Part shown: in pieces, positions 8,618 to 18,427 of the stretch | Layout: the number at the start of each line of letters is the position of its first letter | Position numbering within the stretch: the stretch's first letter is position 1 | Source of the DNA: Candidatus Firestoneibacteriota bacterium | Lineage (GTDB): Bacteria; Oederibacteriota; D2-FULL-39-29; JBBTED01 | NCBI GenBank assembly: GCA_038042445.1 | Contig: JBBTED010000102.1 | Location: forward strand, 1 to 28,992 | Length of the DNA: 28,992 nt | Direction: 5' to 3' | Position numbers and translations under genes: made by a program | Notes under the pieces: generated by a model | What the model was told of the DNA's origin: nothing | Seen by the model: only the letters and a program-made list of their open reading frames with translations | Databases searched by the model: none

Positions 8618-10441
8618 ATGAACAAGAAAGATCAGTCAAAAATTTATCTTTTACTACTGGCATTTATTTTACTACAGGTAGGAGAATATTTTATTTCATA
8701 TACACTTGAATCTTCCGTTGTATGCACACGAGTATCATTGCGAACCTTTGATAGCAAATTTTTTTCTGATGAGTTGAAACCTTTGAATAGGGGTTTTGTT
8801 CACTTACTTCGTAGAGATTTATACTGTGTTAAAGAATTTGCAGTTTTAGGAGAAGAAGATGTTTCTGATGAAGTGATGGGTGTAATACCTAACGATAAAA
8901 ATAATATACAAGAAGCATCAATGAAAGGGTTAGAAGATGGAGTAGACAAGGTTATTTTTGGTACTATTTCAGAAGGAATGAAAAAAGATTCAATTTTAAT
9001 AGAAGTGCAGATAATTGATGCTAACTTTGAATCAATGGATACAATTCAATTATCTGGGAAAATAAAAGATATTCTTAAATTAGAAAAGGACCTTATTTTG
9101 GAAATAATTAAGAAATTGGGTGTCCCATTGTCAATTGATGAAAAAAAACGAATAGAACGTTATCAGACAAATTCATTTGATGCATTTTTATTGTATTCCA
9201 CTGGAATAGATTATGCCATAAAATTAGACAAAATGACTTATGATTTTGAAGAAAAATCACTACAGGACAATATGCGTGTAAAAATTGGTGAAATAAGAGT
9301 AAAAACGTATGATTTCTTTGCGAGAGCTATTAAAATAGATCCACAGTTTGCAATGCCTCATTTTAGAATTGCAACTATACTGTATACCGTTGGAAAAATT
9401 CAGGAATGCATAAAAGAACAAAATATAGGATTAAAATTAGATCCTGATGATGCACTTGCTTATTGGAAATGTGGGCTTACTTATAAGTATGGATTTGATA
9501 AACCACAATGGATTGAAGCAGAACCGCTTTTTAGAAGAGCTTTGGAAATTGCTCCAAATTTTTACAATGCTCATTTAAGCATTGGAAGTATTTACTCAGA
9601 TAAAGGTTATTTAGATAAAGCAGTTGCTGAAGGAAAATTAGCAGCTGAACTTATGCCTTCAAGTCCATGGCCATATAATAGTTTAGGTAGCTATTACTGT
9701 AATGCTAATAAAATAGAAGAATCCATTATGGAATTCAAAAAGGCATTGGAAATCAAGCATAATTTTTTAAATTCTCTTCGTGGTTTGGGTTTTTGCTACT
9801 ATAAAAAAGGTGATTATGATAATGCAATCTTAAACTATAATAAAGTAGTAGAACTTACACTAGACTTTTTCGCTTACTACAGACGCGGAGTTGTTTATTT
9901 TTCTAAAGGTGAATATGACAGAGCAATTTCTGACTATAATAAAGCAATAGAACTTAATCCGGAATATGTAAATGCTTACATTGATCGTGGAGTTGCTTAT
10001 GAAAAAAAAGGCGATTATGATACTACAATTTTAAACTACAATAAAGCAATAGAACTTGACTCAAAACTTGCACTTGTCTATTACAATCGCGGACTTATTT
10101 ATTACTACAAAACTGAATATGACAAAGCAATTTCTGACTACAATAAAGCAATAGAACTTGATCCAAAACATATGACTACTTACGTCAATCGCGGTATTGT
10201 TTATGATAGAAAAGGTGATTATAATGCTGCAATTTCTGATTTCAATAAAGCAATAGAACTTGATTCAAAATATGCAATAACCTATAGCAATATGGGTTGG
10301 GTTTATGAAAAAAAAGGATTATTGGGTGAAGCAGTTTGGTGTTATAAAAAAGCAGTAGAACTTGATTCTAATGAAAAGTTTGCAAAAAGCAAATTAAAAA
10401 ATCCGTCTCTTTCCAATATTGAACCTAAACAACCTGATTGA
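8618..10441 (+). CDS. Exported or membrane-anchored TPR-repeat protein with N-terminal TolB/FlgO-like domain
   Basis: N-terminal hydrophobic segment; many TPRs (AYYRRGVVYFSKGEYDRAISDYNKAIELNP). Confidence 0.85.
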   Translation: MNKKDQSKIYLLLLAFILLQVGEYFISYTLESSVVCTRVSLRTFDSKFFSDELKPLNRGFVHLLRRDLYCVKEFAVLGEEDVSDEVMGVIPNDKNNIQEASMKGLEDGVDKVIFGTISEGMKKDSILIEVQIIDANFESMDTIQLSGKIKDILKLEKDLILEIIKKLGVPLSIDEKKRIERYQTNSFDAFLLYSTGIDYAIKLDKMTYDFEEKSLQDNMRVKIGEIRVKTYDFFARAIKIDPQFAMPHFRIATILYTVGKIQECIKEQNIGLKLDPDDALAYWKCGLTYKYGFDKPQWIEAEPLFRRALEIAPNFYNAHLSIGSIYSDKGYLDKAVAEGKLAAELMPSSPWPYNSLGSYYCNANKIEESIMEFKKALEIKHNFLNSLRGLGFCYYKKGDYDNAILNYNKVVELTLDFFAYYRRGVVYFSKGEYDRAISDYNKAIELNPEYVNAYIDRGVAYEKKGDYDTTILNYNKAIELDSKLALVYYNRGLIYYYKTEYDKAISDYNKAIELDPKHMTTYVNRGIVYDRKGDYNAAISDFNKAIELDSKYAITYSNMGWVYEKKGLLGEAVWCYKKAVELDSNEKFAKSKLKNPSLSNIEPKQPD

Positions 10442-10476
10442 TTCCGAGAACTAATTGCATTATCAGAACTCAAATT

Positions 10477-10654
10477 AAAACTGTGTTACAATTAAGATTT
10501 TGACTGTTATTCTCGTGAAGCTTATTCCTGTATGTTGCAAACAGGGAGCGGGAAATCCAGTGACTTTAAAATCCTTTAAAATCAAAGCCTCTGGATTCCC
10601 GATAAGAGCATTCGGGAATGACAACCTAAAATGTAACCGTTGTGACATAGTCTC
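10477..10654. mobile_element. Putative degenerate MITE enclosing a GTCAT...ATGAC-type element (10506..10622)
   Basis: AAAACTGTGTTACAA (10477..10491) vs TTGTGACATAGTCTC (10640..10654): 11/15 inverted match. Internal GGAAATCCAG...CTGGATTCCCGATAAGAGCATTCGGGAATGAC. Confidence 0.55.
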
Positions 10655-10707
10655 TAAGGATGTAGGGGGGATTTATTTATAAAGGGGGAACTACACGGTT
10701 TTTCAGA

Positions 10708-10735
10708 TTGACAAAATGAGGATTTATTATATAAT
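10708..10735 (+). promoter_or_regulatory. Sigma70-type promoter for ilvE-mcsA-mcsB-clpC
   Basis: TTGACA (10708..10713), 16 bp, TATAAT (10730..10735); AGGAG RBS before ATG 10778. Confidence 0.7.
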
Positions 10736-10777
10736 TAAAACTATCTAATTGTGATTTTTAGAGTATAGGAGTCTATA

Positions 10778-11656
10778 ATGAGTTCTAAAATATATATTAA
10801 CGGGAAATTTTTTCCGAAAGATAAAGCAGTTATATCGGTTTTTGACCATGGGCTTCTTTACGGAGATGGTGTTTTCGAAGGCATTCGTTCCTATAATGGC
10901 AGGGTTTTTAAGTTGGATGAACATATAGACAGGCTTTATGAATCAGCTAAGGCTATAATGCTGGAAATTCCACTTACTAAAAGGCAGATGAAAGAAGCGG
11001 TTCTTTCTACTTTTCGTATAAATAAATTTGCTGCTTATATAAGATTAGTTGTAACCCGTGGCACAGGAGATTTAGGTCTTGATCCACGCAAATGTCCTAA
11101 ATCAACGATAATAATAATTGCAGATAAAATAGTGCTATATTCTAAAGACTATTATGAAAAAGGTTTAAAAATTGTGACAGCTACTACTTGTAGAAATATA
11201 CCGGAAGCATTAAATTCTAAAATAAAATCATTAAATTATCTGAATAATATACTGGCAAAAATTGAAGCTAATAACTATGGAGCACTTGAAGCAATAATGC
11301 TAACCTATGATGGTTATGTTACAGAATGCACAGGCGATAATATTTTTATAGTTAAGGATAACTGTTTGATAACTCCACCCTCATATCTTGGTTTACTTGA
11401 AGGAATTACAAGAAAAACTGTGATGGATTTAGCAATTGCTTCAGATATATCTGTGAAAGAAGCTGTTTTTACAAGATATGATTTGTATACTGCAGATGAG
11501 TGTTTTCTTACAGGGACAGCCGCTGAAATTGTACCTGTGGTTGAAATAGATGGTCGTGTAATAAATGATGGTAAAGTTGGCGATAAAACAGCTTTGCTTA
11601 TGAAAAAATATCGTGAATTGACAGCTAATGAAGGGACACCAATTTATGCTATGTGA
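10778..11656 (+). CDS. ilvE: Branched-chain amino acid aminotransferase (PLP fold IV)
   Basis: DHGLLYGDGVFEGIR, KSLNYLNNILAK, ECTGDNIF, LEGITR, FLTGTAAEIVPV. Confidence 0.93.
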   Translation: MSSKIYINGKFFPKDKAVISVFDHGLLYGDGVFEGIRSYNGRVFKLDEHIDRLYESAKAIMLEIPLTKRQMKEAVLSTFRINKFAAYIRLVVTRGTGDLGLDPRKCPKSTIIIIADKIVLYSKDYYEKGLKIVTATTCRNIPEALNSKIKSLNYLNNILAKIEANNYGALEAIMLTYDGYVTECTGDNIFIVKDNCLITPPSYLGLLEGITRKTVMDLAIASDISVKEAVFTRYDLYTADECFLTGTAAEIVPVVEIDGRVINDGKVGDKTALLMKKYRELTANEGTPIYAM

Positions 11657-12209
11657 AATATGTAAAAAAGAGAACGCTACTGTTCATTTTAGTCAGGCTA
11701 TAAATGAAAAAGTAACTAATATTCACCTATGTGAATTTTGTGCAGGAAAAAAAGGTGTAATGGAATTACCTTTTTCAATACCACTTTCTGTAAAAAATAT
11801 GCTACCGAAATTTTTAAATGTAGAAAAGAAAAAGCAAAAAGAAATTGTGCATGAAAAATGCAATAATTGCGGTTTCACCAATGTTGATTTTAAAAAAATA
11901 GGATACCTTGGATGTTCAGAATGTTACAGGGTATTTAGAAAAACATTAATGCCACTATTAAATAAAATTCATGGAGATAATCTTCATATTGGCAAATTTC
12001 CTTCCAGAGTTTTGGATAAAACAATAGATAAAACAATAAAAGAAGCCCGAGAAAACAAAAGACTTAAAAAATTGCAATTGGAGCTTCAGAATGCTATAAC
12101 CCAAGAACAATTTGAGGATGCTGCAATATTGAGAGATAAAATAAAATCACTGGAAAATAATAATTATGGTTTGATGAAAAAAATACAACCATTAGGGAAA
12201 GAATTATGA
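11646..12209 (+). CDS. mcsA: McsA, activator of the protein arginine kinase
   Basis: Four CXXC motifs (CEIC, CEFC, CNNC, CSEC) plus a C-terminal UVR motif; start moved to ATG 11646 (MLCEICK). Confidence 0.92.
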   Translation: MLCEICKKENATVHFSQAINEKVTNIHLCEFCAGKKGVMELPFSIPLSVKNMLPKFLNVEKKKQKEIVHEKCNNCGFTNVDFKKIGYLGCSECYRVFRKTLMPLLNKIHGDNLHIGKFPSRVLDKTIDKTIKEARENKRLKKLQLELQNAITQEQFEDAAILRDKIKSLENNNYGLMKKIQPLGKEL

Positions 12210-13252
12210 AACTAAATGAATTAGTATTACATACAAATAGATGGGTTAGTGATAGTTCTCCTATTGGAAGTATTGTGATAAGTAGTAGAATACGACTTGC
12301 CAGGAATTTAGAAAAATTTCCTTTTCCACACTGTATGGATTTGGATGCTGCAAAAATTGTTGTCTCAGAGGTTAAAGAAGCTGCTACATCCACAAAAAAT
12401 TTAAAAAACAGTATATTTGTTAATCTTAAAAAAGCATCTAAACTTGACAGAAAATTTTTGATGGAACGTTATCTGATAAGTAAAGAACATGCTTTTTCTT
12501 CTCAAGAACGGGCAGTATTATTTGATGCTGATGAGCAGGTTGCTTTAATGATAAATGAAGAGGATCATTTGAGGCTACAGGTATTGACATCAGGTCTACA
12601 ACTGGATAGTCTGTGGCAAAAAATAAATAAAATTGATGATGAATTAGAAGCAAAATTGAAGTATGCTTATTTGTCTGATGTTGGATATTTAACTGCTTGT
12701 CCTACAAATACCGGCACAGCTATGAGAGCTTCAGTTATGGTTCATTTGCCTGCTTTGGTATTTACAAAATCTATAGAAAAAATTTTAAATAGTGTTCGGC
12801 AAATTGGTTTAACCCTAAGAGGAATTTATGGTGAAGGCACAGATATAAAAAGCACCTTTTTTCAAATTTCAAATCAGATAACATTAGGACTTACAGAAGA
12901 AGAAATAATTAGTAATGTTGGAAAAGCCATACGGCAGATTGTGGATGAAGAATATAATACACGTAAATTGTTAGTAAAAGATTCAAAACTGCAAATAGAA
13001 AATGAAGTATGGCGGGCTTATGGTATTTTGAAAAATGCACGAATAATTAGTTTTCAGGAAGTAATAAATCTATTTTCTGCTTTAAGGTTTGCTATAGAAT
13101 TAAATATAATAACAGATATATCAATTGATGTTTTAAATGAGCTTTTGGTTGATGTTCAGCCGGCTCATATTCAAAAGATGTATGGGACAGATATGAATGC
13201 AAATGAGCGGGATATAAAAAGAGCTGAATTGATTCGTAGTAAAATAAAATAA
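12206..13252 (+). CDS. mcsB: Protein arginine kinase McsB
   Basis: SSRIRLARNL, INEEDHLR, YLTACPTNTGT; lies between mcsA and clpC. Confidence 0.95.
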   Translation: MKLNELVLHTNRWVSDSSPIGSIVISSRIRLARNLEKFPFPHCMDLDAAKIVVSEVKEAATSTKNLKNSIFVNLKKASKLDRKFLMERYLISKEHAFSSQERAVLFDADEQVALMINEEDHLRLQVLTSGLQLDSLWQKINKIDDELEAKLKYAYLSDVGYLTACPTNTGTAMRASVMVHLPALVFTKSIEKILNSVRQIGLTLRGIYGEGTDIKSTFFQISNQITLGLTEEEIISNVGKAIRQIVDEEYNTRKLLVKDSKLQIENEVWRAYGILKNARIISFQEVINLFSALRFAIELNIITDISIDVLNELLVDVQPAHIQKMYGTDMNANERDIKRAELIRSKIK

Positions 13253-13281
13253 TTATGGTATAAACCATAAAGGAAAAAACT

Positions 13282-15735
13282 ATGTTTAATAGATTTACGG
13301 AAAGAGCACATAGAGTAATAATTTTGGCAAGAGAAGAAGCTGCCAGACTCCGTCACGATTATATAGGTCCTGAACATCTTTTATTGGGATTAATAAGAGA
13401 GGGTAGTGGAGTTGCAGTTGCTGTTTTACAGAGCTTAGGTATAAGTTTAGATAGGATTAAAAAAGAAGTAGAGAAAATGGCTCCAAGTGGTGGAGGCACA
13501 CTGATATTAGGGGAAGTTCCTTTTACTCCAAAAGCCAAAAGAGCTTTAGAATTTGCTATAGAAGAAGCGCAAGTTATGGACCATAATTATGTTGGAACAG
13601 AACATTTGCTTTTGGGATTAATAAAAGAAGGCGAGGGAGTAGCTGCAAAAGTTCTTGAAAGTTTTGGTCTTGATGTTGAAAAAGCAAGAGAATTAACACT
13701 TGAACTAATTGGTGGTGCTCATAAAGGTATGCCACATCCAAAAACATCTACACAAAAAAGCAAAACTCCGGCATTAGATACATTTAGCAGGGACCTTACT
13801 TTATTGGCGAAGGAAAGCAAACTTGATCCAGTAATAGGAAGGGAGACAGAAATTGAACGAGTAATTCAAATTCTTTCCAGAAGAACAAAAAATAATCCGG
13901 TTCTATTAGGAGAAGCTGGTGTAGGTAAGACTGCTATAGCAGAAGGATTAGCTCAGAGAATATTTGCCGGCAATATTCCGGAAGTTCTACTCAATAAACG
14001 TGTTGTAACTTTGGATTTAGCTGCAATGGTAGCTGGAACCAAATATCGTGGTGAATTTGAAGAAAGAATAAAAGTAATAATGCATGAAATAAGAACTGTT
14101 GGTAATATAATTTTGTTTATAGATGAATTGCATACTTTAGTTGGTGCAGGAGCTGCTGAAGGGGCAATAGATGCATCAAATATGCTTAAACCTTCATTGG
14201 CAAGAGGTGAAATTCAGTGTATTGGAGCTACTACTTTAAATGAGTATAGAAAATATATTGAAAAAGATGGTGCTTTAGAACGCAGGTTTCAGACAATAGT
14301 TGTAAATCCGCCATCTACTGATGAAGCAATTGAAATATTGAAAGGCTTAAGAGATAGATATGAGGCTCATCACAGAGTAAAAATAACAGATGAAGCATTA
14401 GAAGCTGCAGTTCATTTATCAGACAGATATATATCCGGAAGGTATCTTCCTGATAAAGCTATTGATGTTATAGATGAGGCAGGTGCACGTGTTCGTCTTC
14501 AGGTTACTACAAGGCCGCCTGAAATAAAAGATGTGGAAAAAGAATTAGAACATGTAATGAAAGAAAAAGAATCTGCTATTAAATCGCAGGAATTTGAAAA
14601 AGCTGCATCACTTAGAGATAAATTGAGAGAATTAAAAGTAAAGTTAGAAGAAACTAAAATGGGTTGGGAGAAAAACAAAACAGTAAAAGAAGCAGTTGTT
14701 TCAGGTGAAGATGTGGCGTATATAGTTTCTAAGTGGACAGGTATTCCTGTGTATAAATTAGAAGAAAAAGAATCGGAAAAATTATTGCATATGGAAGAAT
14801 CTTTGCATAAAAGAATTATAGGTCAGGATGAAGCAATAAATGCTATAACAAAAGCTGTTCAGCGCTCTCGTGCAGGAGTTAGTGACCCCAAAAGGCCAAT
14901 TGGTTCTTTTATTTTCTTAGGTCCTACAGGAGTTGGCAAAACTGAATTAGCCCGGGCATTAGCAGAGTTTTTATTTGAAGATGAAAATGCGCTTATTAGA
15001 ATAGATATGTCAGAATATACAGAAAAATTTGCAGTATCTCGTTTACTTGGAGCTCCTCCTGGATATGTTGGATATGAAGAAGGAGGTCAGCTTACTGAAA
15101 AAGTGAGACGCAGGCCATATTCAGTTGTATTATTTGATGAAATAGAAAAAGCTCATCCTGATGTTTTTAATATATTACTTCAGGTGCTTGAAGATGGCAG
15201 ACTTACTGATTCTTTTGGCAGAACAGTGGATTTTAGAAATACAGTTTTAATTATGACATCTAATATTGGTGCAAGGCAGATAGAAAAAGGGACAACTCTT
15301 GGATTTCAAAAGCCAAATGAAGAAGTAACTTATGCATCAATGAAAGATAAAGTTATGGGAGAACTTAAAAAAACGTTCAATCCTGAATTTTTAAATCGTA
15401 TAGATGAAGTAATAGTATTTCACCAGTTAAGCAAGGAAGAATTAAAATCTATAATCAATCTGCTTATGAAAAATGTTTATGCCAGACTAAAAAATAAAAA
15501 AGTAAAATTAGAACTTTCTGAAGATGCAATAGAATTTTTGATTGAAAAAGGTTATGATCCTACATTTGGCGCAAGACCTTTAAAACGCGCTATACAAAAA
15601 TTTATTGAGGATCCCCTTGCTACAGAAATACTTACAGGCAAATTTCCTGAGGGTGGCACGATAGCCATTAAAAAAGGTAACAACAAATTACATTTTGAAC
15701 CAATAGAAATACTACAACCCGTATCAGCCACATAA
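13282..15735 (+). CDS. clpC: ATP-dependent Clp protease ATPase subunit ClpC
   Basis: Two Clp-N repeats, two AAA+ modules (GEAGVGKT, GPTGVGKT), UVR middle domain, LGF ClpP-docking loop. Confidence 0.96.
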   Translation: MFNRFTERAHRVIILAREEAARLRHDYIGPEHLLLGLIREGSGVAVAVLQSLGISLDRIKKEVEKMAPSGGGTLILGEVPFTPKAKRALEFAIEEAQVMDHNYVGTEHLLLGLIKEGEGVAAKVLESFGLDVEKARELTLELIGGAHKGMPHPKTSTQKSKTPALDTFSRDLTLLAKESKLDPVIGRETEIERVIQILSRRTKNNPVLLGEAGVGKTAIAEGLAQRIFAGNIPEVLLNKRVVTLDLAAMVAGTKYRGEFEERIKVIMHEIRTVGNIILFIDELHTLVGAGAAEGAIDASNMLKPSLARGEIQCIGATTLNEYRKYIEKDGALERRFQTIVVNPPSTDEAIEILKGLRDRYEAHHRVKITDEALEAAVHLSDRYISGRYLPDKAIDVIDEAGARVRLQVTTRPPEIKDVEKELEHVMKEKESAIKSQEFEKAASLRDKLRELKVKLEETKMGWEKNKTVKEAVVSGEDVAYIVSKWTGIPVYKLEEKESEKLLHMEESLHKRIIGQDEAINAITKAVQRSRAGVSDPKRPIGSFIFLGPTGVGKTELARALAEFLFEDENALIRIDMSEYTEKFAVSRLLGAPPGYVGYEEGGQLTEKVRRRPYSVVLFDEIEKAHPDVFNILLQVLEDGRLTDSFGRTVDFRNTVLIMTSNIGARQIEKGTTLGFQKPNEEVTYASMKDKVMGELKKTFNPEFLNRIDEVIVFHQLSKEELKSIINLLMKNVYARLKNKKVKLELSEDAIEFLIEKGYDPTFGARPLKRAIQKFIEDPLATEILTGKFPEGGTIAIKKGNNKLHFEPIEILQPVSAT

Positions 15736-15783
15736 CAAAATTTTTATATAGAAGGTTGTGTTTAATTAGGAGGAGCTAATAAT

Positions 15784-16137
15784 ATGACTAAAATATTGAT
15801 AGTAGAGGATGAAGAAAGTGTAAGGCTTTTGTTTGCAGAAGAATTATCTGCAGAAGGTTATGAAGTGGATACTGCTGAAAATGGTGAAGTGGCATTGGAA
15901 AAAATAACGAAAAACAAGCCTGATTTAATTACACTTGATATAAAAATGCCGGGTATGGATGGTTTAGAGCTTTTAGATAAAATAAGACAATTTGATAAGG
16001 AAATTCCAGTTATAATATGTACTGCTTATGGCACATATAAGCAAGATTTTTTTACCTGGGCGTCTGATGAGTATATTACCAAATCTGCAGATCTTACAGA
16101 ATTGAAATCTAAAGTAAAAAAACTATTGAAGAAGTAG
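15784..16137 (+). CDS. Single-domain response regulator (receiver only)
   Basis: ILIVEDE, LDIKMPGMDG, ICTA, YITK receiver motifs. Confidence 0.92.
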   Translation: MTKILIVEDEESVRLLFAEELSAEGYEVDTAENGEVALEKITKNKPDLITLDIKMPGMDGLELLDKIRQFDKEIPVIICTAYGTYKQDFFTWASDEYITKSADLTELKSKVKKLLKK

Positions 16138-16184
16138 GGGCGAGTTTACTCGCCCAATAAATTGGCAGATAAATCTGTTTCTAC
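16134..16184. repeat. GTAG...CTAC REP doublet overlapping the stop codon of the response regulator
   Basis: GTAG-GGGCGAG-TTTA-CTCGCCC ... GCAGA-TAAA-TCTGTTTCTAC. Confidence 0.8.
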
Positions 16185-16215
16185 TCAGAACTGCTTAAAT
16201 TTAAACGGCAAATAA

Positions 16216-18405
16216 ATGTATGAATTTACTTTTAAAGAAGTTGTAGATGTTACTAAATGGTCTGTAGTATTATCAAAAATTCTAAATTTTATCCCTCCGG
16301 AAATACCTCTTATATGGCTTGCAGATTCTAAAGGTGAAATACTATTTGAATTTATACGCGAAAAAGAAGTAAAACTCTGTAGGCCTCCTGTAGGTGCTGA
16401 TGTCCATAATGAATGCTTAAATGATTTTAATTTGCGGATACTCCAGGCAGTCCAAACACAAAAACCATTAATTCAGCATTGTCGTAAAGATTACCTCACA
16501 ATTGCTGTGCCAATGGTAATTGGTGGAAAAGTTGTTGGAATATTAGGTGGATGTCAGATTCCCATAGCAAGTGGTATAACAATTGAGTCCTATTCAAATT
16601 TAATTCCAAAATTCCAGCATACTGCTACACAATTATTGCAATCAGTATCTTCAGAAGAAGATGGTTTGCCTGCGATATTTCGTAAAAGCATTGATTTATT
16701 TGCATCAATGTCCAAAGTTCTTACAGGTTTTTCTCTGTTTCAAAATTCTGACAGAATCGCAACAATTCAGGAAATTGGAAGAGTTGTTAGTTCAACTTTG
16801 GATTTAAAAGAAGTATTAAATGCTGTAGTTAATATTATAGTCAAAAAAATGAATATTGATGCTTGTTCCATTTTTTTATTTTATAGTGATTCTTTAGAGC
16901 TTGTTCTTGAAGCAACAAAGGGTTTATCAGAAAATGCAATAGGTAAGGTAAAAATTAAAATTGATGAAGGTCTTATTGGTTGGTCTGCCCGTAAAAATCA
17001 GGTAATAGCAATTAAAAATGTTTTATTTGATCCAAGGTATAAACCTTTGCCACATACTGGTGATGAAAATTTTGTATCACTTTTATTGATTCCAATAGTT
17101 GACAAAGGTGAACTATTGGGTGTAATTAGAATGCAGACATTAGAAGTTTATGATTGGACGGAGGAAGAAAGAAATACACTTTTAACAATAGCTAATCAGG
17201 TAGGTATAGCTATTCGTAATGCAAAGTTATATTCAACTACAGATAACAGATTAAAAGAAATGTCAATATTGTATGAGGTTGGAAAGCTTATAACTTCCAC
17301 TCTAAATCTTGATGAGCTTTTAGATAGAATTGTCCGAGCAAGTGCTACAGTTTGTGAAGCCAAAGCTGCTACTATATGGCTTATGGATCCTGAGAAAAAA
17401 GAATTGCGCAATAGAGTTGAATACAATTTTGAAACTATAAACGACAAAAATTTTTTGGTTACTGAAGAAATAGCTTATGAAGTCGCCATAGATAAAAAAT
17501 CAAAATCAATACCAAGTATGATTTGTGTGCCATTAATATCAAAGAATAAAGTTATTGGCACAATATGTGTATATGAAAAATTATCAAGAGATGAAAATAT
17601 ACCTTCTGTTTTTGATAGTGATGATATTCGTGCTTTAGAAATCTTGGCAAGTCAGGCTGCTATATCTGTTGAAAATGCACGGCTTTTTGAAAATGTTAAT
17701 GAAGCTCAAAAGAAAATTAAAGATACACATGAACAACTTGTTCGTTCGGAAAAACTTATTGCGTTGGGAGAAATGGCCGCAACTGTAGCTCATGAAATTA
17801 GAAATCCTCTGGTTGCAATTGGAGGATTCAGTAAACGGCTTCTGGAAAAAAAATATGATAAAGAACACAGTGATAAATATCTTGATATTATTGTTCGGGA
17901 AGTAAGGCGTTTGGAAAAAATATTAAACGAAGTATTGCAATTTTCTCGTTATCCTAATCCTGTTTTTGAGTATAAAGATTTTTTGCCTGTTATTGATGAG
18001 TCTATGGCACTTTTAAGTGAGGAGTATGCAAAAAGAAAGATAACTATTTCAAAAAACATAACCCAGTCTTTTCCAAAGATATTTATGGATGCAAATCAGA
18101 TGAAACAGGTTCTGATAAACATTTTGCAAAATGCTTTTGATGCAATGCTTTCTGGCGGTGAAATAAAAATTAATGGTTATATTAAGGATGAAAATGCTAT
18201 AATAGAAATAATTGATAATGGAAGCGGGATACCAGAAGAGCATCTTAAAAACATATTTAATCCTTTTTATACAACGAAAGTTGGAAGTGTAGGTTTAGGA
18301 CTTGCTATAATAAGTAAAATAATAGACGACCATAATGGAAAAGTTGACGTAAAAACTGAAATTGGCAAAGGGACAACTTTTAAATTAATTTTTCCAATGA
18401 AATAG
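16216..18405 (+). CDS. Cytoplasmic sensor histidine kinase (PocR-like + 2 GAF + HisKA + HATPase)
   Basis: AHEIRNPL H-box, NAFDA N-box, DNGSGI, FNPFYTTK, GLGL; GAF motifs; Cys-containing PocR-like N-terminus; no TM segment seen. Confidence 0.9.
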   Translation: MYEFTFKEVVDVTKWSVVLSKILNFIPPEIPLIWLADSKGEILFEFIREKEVKLCRPPVGADVHNECLNDFNLRILQAVQTQKPLIQHCRKDYLTIAVPMVIGGKVVGILGGCQIPIASGITIESYSNLIPKFQHTATQLLQSVSSEEDGLPAIFRKSIDLFASMSKVLTGFSLFQNSDRIATIQEIGRVVSSTLDLKEVLNAVVNIIVKKMNIDACSIFLFYSDSLELVLEATKGLSENAIGKVKIKIDEGLIGWSARKNQVIAIKNVLFDPRYKPLPHTGDENFVSLLLIPIVDKGELLGVIRMQTLEVYDWTEEERNTLLTIANQVGIAIRNAKLYSTTDNRLKEMSILYEVGKLITSTLNLDELLDRIVRASATVCEAKAATIWLMDPEKKELRNRVEYNFETINDKNFLVTEEIAYEVAIDKKSKSIPSMICVPLISKNKVIGTICVYEKLSRDENIPSVFDSDDIRALEILASQAAISVENARLFENVNEAQKKIKDTHEQLVRSEKLIALGEMAATVAHEIRNPLVAIGGFSKRLLEKKYDKEHSDKYLDIIVREVRRLEKILNEVLQFSRYPNPVFEYKDFLPVIDESMALLSEEYAKRKITISKNITQSFPKIFMDANQMKQVLINILQNAFDAMLSGGEIKINGYIKDENAIIEIIDNGSGIPEEHLKNIFNPFYTTKVGSVGLGLAIISKIIDDHNGKVDVKTEIGKGTTFKLIFPMK

Positions 18406-18427
18406 GAGTCATTTTACGAAAATGTTT

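Noticed and set aside
10500..10682. 60-aa ORF
   Set aside because: It is a translation of the palindromic element and MITE.
16381..16410. GTAGGTGCTG (VGAD) in the kinase as a possible in-frame REP
   Set aside because: No hairpin or TTTA loop follows the tag.
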